Shown piece after piece: positions 55,529 to 61,389 of a stretch of DNA of 61,417 nt (its first letter is position 1; every line of letters starts with the position of its first letter). Position numbers and translations under genes: made by a program. The stretch comes from a virus. The notes beneath the pieces were generated by a model. The model worked only from the letters and a program-made list of their open reading frames with translations. It did no database searches and was not told where the DNA came from. The stretch is from positions 1-61,417 of IMG/VR virus record IMGVR_UViG_3300045988_077264; one strand, 5' to 3'.

Positions 55529-55607
55529 TCAAAGTAAAAGGATTCGAACCTTTGAGTTTCTTTCTCCAGTTCCATTTTCTGTATGCTTGAAAATTAACTG
55601 TACTTCG
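55529..55607 (-). ncRNA. tRNA-like RNA T7 (acceptor + T-arm closed, aberrant body)
   Basis: Acceptor CGAAGTA/TACTTTG (7/7 including one G-U) and T-arm AAAGG-TTCGAAT-CCTTT. The body folds as CAGTT..TTTTC-AAGCATACA-GAAAA..AACTG plus GAG-AAAGAAA-CTC. Confidence 0.35.
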
Positions 55608-55611
55608 CTTT

Positions 55612-55764
55612 TTATTTCCAAATTAGCAACAAGTTTAATACCAATAGCACAATTATTAAACTAACTCCATGTTTTGCTTCTGTACCTTCTACCTTAGATG
55701 AAGCCAACAACGAAATCAGGAACAAATCTAAGAGACTTACTATATCTTTTAAAATTATTCTCAC
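55612..55764 (-). CDS. Possible 50-aa hydrophobic peptide
   Basis: GTG start 10 nt after GGAGAG, with two hydrophobic stretches. Ends 5 nt before T7. Weak call. Confidence 0.25.
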   Translation of the reverse strand: MRIILKDIVSLLDLFLISLLASSKVEGTEAKHGVSLIIVLLVLNLLLIWK

Positions 55765-55789
55765 CTTTTAATCACTCTCCATTTTTTCA

Positions 55790-56131
55790 TTAGTCTTCAA
55801 AACTATGTTCTCTTTTAAATTCTTCCATCTCTTTTACGCTCATACCAATTATTCCTGCTGATTCGTCAGAACCGGTATGCTGAAAGAAATCTCCTTCCTG
55901 TGGAAACATGAACCGGAACATTGCATAATTCGCAACGTCGCACAGATATTCAAGATTCCCAGTTTCTTCGAATCTGGCAAGGCATTTTTTCAAACTTCCA
56001 ATCGCATCAACGTTTCCGGTTGCAAAATTCAAATGTGCAGGTCCGTATTTATAATAGCTCTGCTCAATCAATCCTTTACGTTTTTCATCAAATGCCTTGG
56101 AATACTCTGTTTTCATGATTACTTCATTCAT
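55790..56131 (-). CDS. Hypothetical phage protein (113 aa)
   Basis: The start is set at MNEVIMKTEY, with an ATGAATGA overlap with the upstream small ORF. Confidence 0.45.
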   Translation of the reverse strand: MNEVIMKTEYSKAFDEKRKGLIEQSYYKYGPAHLNFATGNVDAIGSLKKCLARFEETGNLEYLCDVANYAMFRFMFPQEGDFFQHTGSDESAGIIGMSVKEMEEFKREHSFED

Positions 56132-56276
56132 CTTTGCTCTCCCAGTCATCGCAACTATGTTTATACTCAACAAAATAGCCATCATACTCACTTTCTATGT
56201 TTGAGCATTCATAACCATCTGTTTTATCATAATTTGCATACTTGCAAGTACCACAGCACTGTTTGCAACTTGCCAT
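56124..56276 (-). CDS. Cys-rich 50-aa protein
   Basis: MASCKQCCGTCKYANYD...ECS...SCDDWE. RBS GAGAGGAAGG. Below the ORF-track length cut-off. Confidence 0.4.
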   Translation of the reverse strand: MASCKQCCGTCKYANYDKTDGYECSNIESEYDGYFVEYKHSCDDWESKDE

Positions 56277-56392
56277 TACATATCGCCTTCCTCTCTATAT
56301 GCTCCTTTAAAGCCTTTTTTATTTAAAATTTTTTTTTGAAAACCGTTATCGAATGTAACTTTTTGAATTTTATCTGATGTGGAAAATTGAAT

Positions 56393-56626
56393 TCAGAAAA
56401 CTCCGTTGACGTAAAATATACCGCTCAACAGTTTATTATTTATCGTTATTGGGGGTTCTGATAAAACCCCAGCATGTTTAAAACATTTAGCAGTACGATT
56501 ATTGCAGATAACACATCTAAGATTATTCGCGTCTTTATACTGCTTAAGGATTGCTTGAAATTCTTCATCCGTAGATGTTCTTAACAACGCATATCCATTT
56601 TGAATTCCTTCAAGTTTAGCAATCAT
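56393..56626 (-). CDS. Hypothetical small protein
   Basis: 77-aa ORF with a GAGAGGTGG RBS. Confidence 0.4.
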   Translation of the reverse strand: MIAKLEGIQNGYALLRTSTDEEFQAILKQYKDANNLRCVICNNRTAKCFKHAGVLSEPPITINNKLLSGIFYVNGVF

Positions 56627-56937
56627 TTAGACCACCTCTCGTAACTTTGTAGAAATTATGTGGCATCGTATTCATATCTTGTTTATTGGCAGGCGGTCTT
56701 TTTATTAAATTTCACCTTGACCTACTCAGTTAGACCCTGGGGACCGTTTCCAGTAGACCCCTCCCGGGGGTACCAAGAATACAAACAATTTAAAAACATT
56801 TTAAACAATTCTTTCTGGATTTCTTTATCTATTCGCAAAACATCAGTTAAACGAAAAGTTATCCGGTTCTTAAATCTCCGCAAGCCTTGATTTTACTGGA
56901 TTTCTAAATTGTATAGAATTGTGTGTCTGATTTACAA

Positions 56938-57561
56938 TTAAAAATCTGCGTTCGGTGGTTCTAATTGTGTGTCATTTACAGACAATTCAGCCGGCTTGTA
57001 TCTCTGCTGTATCTGCTCTATGCTCTGGGTCTTGCTGCTTCCCTGCTCTCTTACCCCTGGCATATTAAAGCCGCAGTACTTATTAAGTGACGGCATATAG
57101 TTCATTGGATTTCCCTTTCCTGAGACCTGCAAACCGACAAGGCTTTCTTCACGCATTAAGTTAATCTTTTTGCAGATGTCGGAGCCTAGGGAACCGAGTT
57201 GCACGCCATTAACCCAACCGTTCAATGTATCTCTATGTATTCCAGTAAAGAAGGTAAAGCCTGTTATATTAATTATCTTTTCATAATCATTGCAAAGGTC
57301 TATATATATATCTAATATATTATTAACCTTTTCTGTATCATAAGCATTATTAATATTATTATCTTCTTTCAAGTATTTAGGGTTTAACTTAAATACATTT
57401 TCATAGATGTATTTACAACAGTTATACCATCTATTCTGTGATACTTTGCATAAATCCTCTATATTTCTTTCATCCATCCAGAGATGTATATACATGTCTA
57501 TATCATTTTTAAAAACATCAACAGAATTATTATTTAACTCTTGTACTTTTATCTTTGACAT
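56938..57561 (-). CDS. terS: Putative terminase small subunit
   Basis: ITGFTFFTGIHRDTLNGWVNG, an HTH like those of small terminases. ATG at 57561 follows GGAAAGGAGA. It is the first gene of the late region. Confidence 0.5.
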   Translation of the reverse strand: MSKIKVQELNNNSVDVFKNDIDMYIHLWMDERNIEDLCKVSQNRWYNCCKYIYENVFKLNPKYLKEDNNINNAYDTEKVNNILDIYIDLCNDYEKIINITGFTFFTGIHRDTLNGWVNGVQLGSLGSDICKKINLMREESLVGLQVSGKGNPMNYMPSLNKYCGFNMPGVREQGSSKTQSIEQIQQRYKPAELSVNDTQLEPPNADF

Positions 57562-57862
57562 GGCTATATATCTCCTTTCCTCTGGATTTTGAAAATAAAA
57601 AATGCAACTGGTACAATTTAATTTTTTCAAACTGTACCGGCTGCATGAATTCCGTTTCTTTCGGGACCTCGACAGATCTATCTAGCTCCGCCCGTTGCCC
57701 GAATGCGTTTTTAATTTAATAAAACAATATCATTATATCATTTTATTGTCAATACACTGTTTTCAAATTTATCTTAAGACCTATATATATTATATACAAT
57801 TAATAATATATTATCTTGTTTATAAATAATATTATAATATACTTAACTGGATATAATATACT

Positions 57863-57935
57863 CTTTCTCTATATCTATCTCTACGTTGCAAAAATGTTGC
57901 ACTTTGTTGCATGTGTGTTGCAATGCATCAAAACT
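57863..57935. repeat. Second copy of the ori-like iteron block
   Basis: ctttctctatatctatctctac is identical to 13218-13239 and is followed by TGTTGCA-type repeats, as in the replisome organizer gene. Confidence 0.5.
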
Positions 57936-58054
57936 AATACTATTCTATCATTTTCTTATCTGTAATCTTCTATTTGCTCCAGGCATTTTCTTCTTTCTGG
58001 AGACATAAAAAAGGGCAGCCAGAAAAGCCGCCCTATATAAAACATTTAATTCTA

Positions 58055-58240
58055 TTAATCCCAGTTAATCGCATCATGTGGTGTTAATTCGCTATTATCT
58101 GCCTTGGCTTCTTCAAGTGCTGCCAGTTCGTCCGCTTCCGGTTTATCTTCCGGGATGAATTTAATAACAACCCTGTAAAGTGTTTCTATATCTTCATCAG
58201 GTACTAAATCAATTATATTTTTCAACGCTTCTTTGCTCAT
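58055..58240 (-). CDS. Acidic small protein downstream of the RelE-like toxin (antitoxin candidate)
   Basis: 61 aa with ...PEDKPEADELAALEEAKADNSELTPHDAINWD. RBS AAGGAGGG. Starts 12 nt after the toxin stop. Confidence 0.45.
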   Translation of the reverse strand: MSKEALKNIIDLVPDEDIETLYRVVIKFIPEDKPEADELAALEEAKADNSELTPHDAINWD

Positions 58241-58252
58241 TTTTAACCCTCC

Positions 58253-58492
58253 TTATATTCTCTTATATGCCTGTCCTCTTGGTAATATGTCATTTATAAT
58301 TATTATATCTTCCTTGATTGAAAATAATATTCTAAGATCTCCAACCCTTAAGCGAAAATCATTTTCTAACCCTGCTAACTTTTTCACATCTCCAAGCGGC
58401 AATTTTTCTATCGCAATTTTCAGCCTTTGCTTGGTAGCTCTGTCGCAAGAGTTAATATATTTTACTGCTTTCTTTTTGTACTCTATTTGCAT
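58253..58492 (-). CDS. RelE/ParE-family toxin
   Basis: MQIEYKKKAVKYINS...LENDFRLRVGDLRILFSIKEDIIIINDILPRGQAYK. ATG at 58492 follows AAAGGAGA. Confidence 0.7.
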   Translation of the reverse strand: MQIEYKKKAVKYINSCDRATKQRLKIAIEKLPLGDVKKLAGLENDFRLRVGDLRILFSIKEDIIIINDILPRGQAYKRI

Positions 58493-58531
58493 CTTTGGTA
58501 TCTCCTTTCTTTTGATACCTACATTATATGT

Positions 58532-58920
58532 TAAGTGCATTATATAGTCAATATTATAAGTGCATTATTTTCTATATTTTTCCATTCTTTCCAATTCTGC
58601 TGCAACAACTTCTTTTATAAATGTACTAGGGTTTTTAACTCCAACCGCTTGCATTCTGTCCCTTGTTCCGGCTGGAAAAATTACATTTATTCTATCATTC
58701 TTCTTTTCATACTCTCGAACCGCTTTTCTCTGTGCAGCCGAAGTTTTCAATTCTATTTCGCTCATGCGTTATACCTCGCTTATATTCATAATTCTTTAGA
58801 TAAGTATATAATAAGTGCATTATTTTGTCAATTTATAAGTGCATTATACATTATGCACAATTTGATATTATGTATAAGTGCATTATTTTGTTTATTTAAT
58901 CAATTGTATAAGTGCATTAT
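58532..58920 (+). repeat. Six direct copies of TAAGTGCATTAT (operator/iteron-like)
   Basis: Copies at 58532, 58557, 58812, 58836, 58875 and 58909, all in the same orientation. Five of them share the extended form TATAAGTGCATTAT. Confidence 0.7.
58565..58765 (-). CDS. Ribbon-helix-helix-like small DNA-binding protein
   Basis: RINVIFPAGTRDRMQAVGVKNPSTFIKEVVAAEL fits a beta-alpha-alpha (RHH) pattern. The gene is flanked on both sides by the TAAGTGCATTAT repeats. Confidence 0.5.
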   Translation of the reverse strand: MSEIELKTSAAQRKAVREYEKKNDRINVIFPAGTRDRMQAVGVKNPSTFIKEVVAAELERMEKYRK

Positions 58921-58956
58921 ATTTGTTATTATATATTCAACAAGAGAACAACAGAA

Positions 58957-59313
58957 ATGAAAGCGAGGTTTTCCAATATGAAAGATTATACAAAATTTAT
59001 GAAATGGGCCGTTGTTTACATGATTGATAGAAAGACTCAAGACAACCGGAAAAGCAAGGTACAGGTTGAAGCGCTGTTCTCAAGTGCAACACAGGCGAAC
59101 GACAATTATATAATTCACAATCCGGAGCATAAGCGCTATATCATCCACATTGACGATTTAGAAGAGTTTGAAACCATTTATAACCAGTTTCAGGACTTAC
59201 GCGAGAAATACGGAGAATATGCAATTTTTCACATCGAAGATTTAAAACTCGGATGCGATAAAGAAAATAAATACAGATATATTTTAAATGTTTATACAAG
59301 TATTGATTTTTAG
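58957..59313 (+). CDS. Small hypothetical protein (ORF1 of the right-arm operon)
   Basis: The ORF ends at TAG 59311-59313. The likely start is 58978 (GAGG 9 nt upstream) or 58957. Confidence 0.45.
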   Translation: MKARFSNMKDYTKFMKWAVVYMIDRKTQDNRKSKVQVEALFSSATQANDNYIIHNPEHKRYIIHIDDLEEFETIYNQFQDLREKYGEYAIFHIEDLKLGCDKENKYRYILNVYTSIDF

Positions 59314-59378
59314 CCGAAACGCTCCGCCCTGGAGCGTCAGCCGCGGGATGGTCGCCCGGCTCTGATGATGGCAGACCA
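59313..59378 (+). ncRNA. Type II hammerhead ribozyme candidate HH1
   Basis: GCC-GAAAC, stem III GCUCC/GGAGC, GUC (C17 = 59338), stem I AGCCG/CGGCU, CUGAUGA (59362-59368), then GGC. Loop I UGGUC pairs with GACCA (59374-59378). Confidence 0.65.
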
Positions 59379-59390
59379 GAAAGGAAAAAT

Positions 59391-59780
59391 ATGACAACAT
59401 TGAAAATTGAAAATAATAAAATCTATAGCACTTCTGCACTTTGTGAAAGAACTGACGTTTTTGAAATCGTGGAGAAAATCCCAACTGGCTTTTTCGTTTG
59501 GGGAATTGGCGAAAACATGGGAACACATGAATATATTCCAGTTTGCGAGGACTTACACCCGGAAGACAAAGACAATTTTGAAATCAATCTTACAACCCTT
59601 AAAGCCGTAAAAGTTGCGCCGGATGAATGGGAAAAGCTCGACAAAGCGGCATCTTGGGGCATTGGAAACCTTAAACAGGCAGAAAAAGCCTTGAAAAGTA
59701 AACGCCACGGCTACACAGCCGACAGGAAAAGGGCCGCCGCAGAACTTACAATTGATATTTTCCGCAGAATTTGCAAATAG
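59391..59780 (+). CDS. Hypothetical protein (ORF2, between the two hammerheads)
   Basis: 129-aa ORF with an AAAGGAAAAAT RBS. Confidence 0.5.
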   Translation: MTTLKIENNKIYSTSALCERTDVFEIVEKIPTGFFVWGIGENMGTHEYIPVCEDLHPEDKDNFEINLTTLKAVKVAPDEWEKLDKAASWGIGNLKQAEKALKSKRHGYTADRKRAAAELTIDIFRRICK

Positions 59781-59844
59781 TCGAAACCGCCGCCAGGCGG
59801 TCTGCAGGAACTGTGCCCTACCTGCACCGATGAGACAGGGCACA
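59780..59844 (+). ncRNA. Type II hammerhead-like element HH2 (U4-to-C core variant)
   Basis: GUC-GAAAC, stem III CGCC/GGCG, GUC (C17 = 59802), stem I UGCAGG/CCUGCA, CCGAUGA, then GAC. Loop I UGUGCCCU pairs with AGGGCACA (59837-59844). Confidence 0.5.
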
Positions 59845-59866
59845 CAATGAAAGGATGGTTGATTGT

Positions 59867-60046
59867 ATGACAAAAAAAGAACAGTATGAAAGCCACAAAA
59901 AGACATTTTTAGAAATCCGCGATTTCTTTTTGAAAAATCATGAAGAATTTGCACTTGCAAAGGCTTTTCACAAGCCTATGAAATTTTACGGAGAGCACAC
60001 AAAAAAGAAATGCATTGAAATTTTAAGAAAAGAAGCCAAAGCATAG
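59867..60046 (+). CDS. Small hypothetical protein (ORF3)
   Basis: MTKKEQYESHKK... ATG at 59867 follows AAAGGATGG. Confidence 0.45.
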   Translation: MTKKEQYESHKKTFLEIRDFFLKNHEEFALAKAFHKPMKFYGEHTKKKCIEILRKEAKA

Positions 60047-60063
60047 AAAGGTCGGTTGATTTT

Positions 60064-60240
60064 ATGGAATTTATGGAGAAATTGCAGAAACAGAAAGACG
60101 ATGCGCGAGCCGCTTATATTAAAGCCCGGAACGAATGGGCGGACACCAGAACCGCTGAAAACATTAAGGGCGACTTTGAAAAATGGAAAATCTTGTGTGA
60201 CCGAAAAGCAGATTGTATGCGCTTTGGTGTACTTATTTAA
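60064..60240 (+). CDS. Small helical protein (ORF4, 58 aa)
   Basis: MEFMEKLQKQKDDARAAYIKARNEW... ATG follows GAAAGGTCGG. Preferred over the overlapping TTG-start ORF 60056-60295. Confidence 0.4.
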   Translation: MEFMEKLQKQKDDARAAYIKARNEWADTRTAENIKGDFEKWKILCDRKADCMRFGVLI

Positions 60241-60285
60241 GCAAGCGGCGGCGTTTTCCGGGGTTCGATTCCCCGGCTTGCTTTT
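60241..60285 (+). terminator. Terminator-like hairpin shaped as a tRNA acceptor/T-arm minihelix
   Basis: GCAAGC...CGGGG-TTCGATT-CCCCG-GCTTGC-TTTT, with a 5-bp T-stem, a canonical T-loop and a contiguous 6-bp acceptor-like stem. Confidence 0.5.
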
Positions 60286-60330
60286 ACCCGGATAACCGGG
60301 AAAAAATGAAAATATGGAGGAAATAAGGAC

Positions 60331-60525
60331 ATGACAATTATTGAAAAAATGAGAAAAGACGGATACCCAAAGATTATAAAAGGCAACGGAGGATATAGAG
60401 CATATTTGAAAGATATGCAACCTCTAGGCGGTGGAGATTATATGGCTATATATCGCTATCCAGGTGGGGAATGCTGTCACAGCCTGGAAGAAATAAAAAA
60501 ATGCTTTGAAATCATCGAACAATAG
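60331..60525 (+). CDS. Small hypothetical protein (ORF5)
   Basis: 64-aa ORF with a GGAGGAAATAAGGAC RBS. Confidence 0.45.
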   Translation: MTIIEKMRKDGYPKIIKGNGGYRAYLKDMQPLGGGDYMAIYRYPGGECCHSLEEIKKCFEIIEQ

Positions 60526-60542
60526 CCGCCGCAGAGGATGTC

Positions 60543-60570
60543 CGCCGGATCACTACCGGCGGCGGTTTTG
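60543..60570 (+). terminator. Rho-independent terminator of the right-arm operon
   Basis: CCGCCGG-atcacta-CCGGCGG followed by CGGTTTT. Confidence 0.55.
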
Positions 60571-61126
60571 CTCAAATTTGAGTAATTACAGAAAAGACAC
60601 CAAGATTTAGTGCGGCGCTCTTCTGCTTTCCGTGCGCCTGGTGGCATTTGTGCCGGTTCAATTCCGACAGCATGGATTTTCTGGGGAATGTTCCCAGAAT
60701 GTACATTGACAATTGAATATCTGGAAATGATGCGTTATTATATGAATAGTATATATCTTATTTGGATTAATTAAGATTTAAAGAATTCAAAAGAACATTA
60801 AATATTATCACACATGAATTAATATGACATCGTAAAACGATTTTTAAGGCTTTTATATCCTCAATCAATAAAATTATAGGCTGTATAAGTCAAATCGAAA
60901 TTTAAGCCATTCAGAGTGTCACACGGTCATATTATAATCATCATTGAATTGATATTGAGAAAGTGGATATTGTTAAAAAGTTGTAAGGATTTGAAAAAAT
61001 AAATTTTTCAGATTTCTACAAGAAATTTTCAAAACTTGAAATCGAGATTTTCATAACAGAAACGAGCTTACCCCGGGGGGTATCAAAATCAAATGCATAT
61101 ATTTTTAAATCGAAAGGAGAAAAATT

Positions 61127-61231
61127 ATGGATCTTATCAAAATTATCTTTTTCCCATTCATCTTGATTGGAAAATTACTTCTTGGAATACTTAAATTGGT
61201 TTGTCTTATAGACATCTTTGGCAGGCATTAA
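61127..61231 (+). CDS. 34-aa hydrophobic peptide next to attR
   Basis: ATG follows AAAGGAGA. The peptide is MDLIKIIFFPFILIGKLLLGILKLVCLIDIFGRH. The stop lies inside the hairpin GGCAGGC-atta-agCCTGCC followed by TTTTC. Confidence 0.4.
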   Translation: MDLIKIIFFPFILIGKLLLGILKLVCLIDIFGRH

Positions 61232-61334
61232 GCCTGCCTTTTCTTATTTTAGGGCAAAAAAATAAACCGATTTGTGGTCGATTTATCTTAGGTAAGCACT
61301 TTTGCAGGACTCTCCTTTCCTGCGTATTTTAAAT

Positions 61335-61352
61335 AGTAATCACGAGTAATCA
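61335..61352 (+). repeat. Two AGTAATCA direct repeats (candidate integrase arm-type sites)
   Basis: AGTAATCA occurs at 61335-61342 and 61345-61352, in the same orientation as the left-arm copies. Confidence 0.4.
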
Positions 61353-61389
61353 TAAGATTTTTCTGAAACCCTTGATTTTACTGGGCTTT

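Noticed and set aside
54522-55537. ORF-track entries inside the RNA island (54522-54740, 54574-54765, 54651-54881, 54766-55155, 55076-55261, 55322-55537).
   Set aside because: They have no RBS, their composition is implausible, and they overlap tRNA and structured-RNA elements on both strands.
56740-56792. C/G-run palindromes (cccgggggtacc here, taccccggggggta at 61069-61083) as possible cos/pac or regulatory sites.
   Set aside because: There are only two loosely similar copies and no supporting context. I cannot distinguish them from chance or assign a function from the sequence alone.
60056-60295. A 79-aa TTG-start ORF from the ORF track.
   Set aside because: An ATG-start 58-aa ORF in another frame (60064-60240) has a proper RBS and a helical, charged product. 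The TTG ORF also runs through the terminator hairpins.
60624-60672. A second T-loop-like hairpin (GCCGG-TTCAATT-CCGAC) as another tRNA minihelix.
   Set aside because: The T-stem has a mismatch. The only acceptor-like pairing (TGCTTTC/GACAGCA) overlaps the T-stem instead of following it.
59314-60700. Integron-like cassettes, since small ORFs are each followed by GC-rich imperfect palindromes (attC?).
   Set aside because: There are no RYYYAAC/GTTRRRY boundaries and no IntI. Two of the palindromic regions are better explained as hammerheads and the others as terminators.
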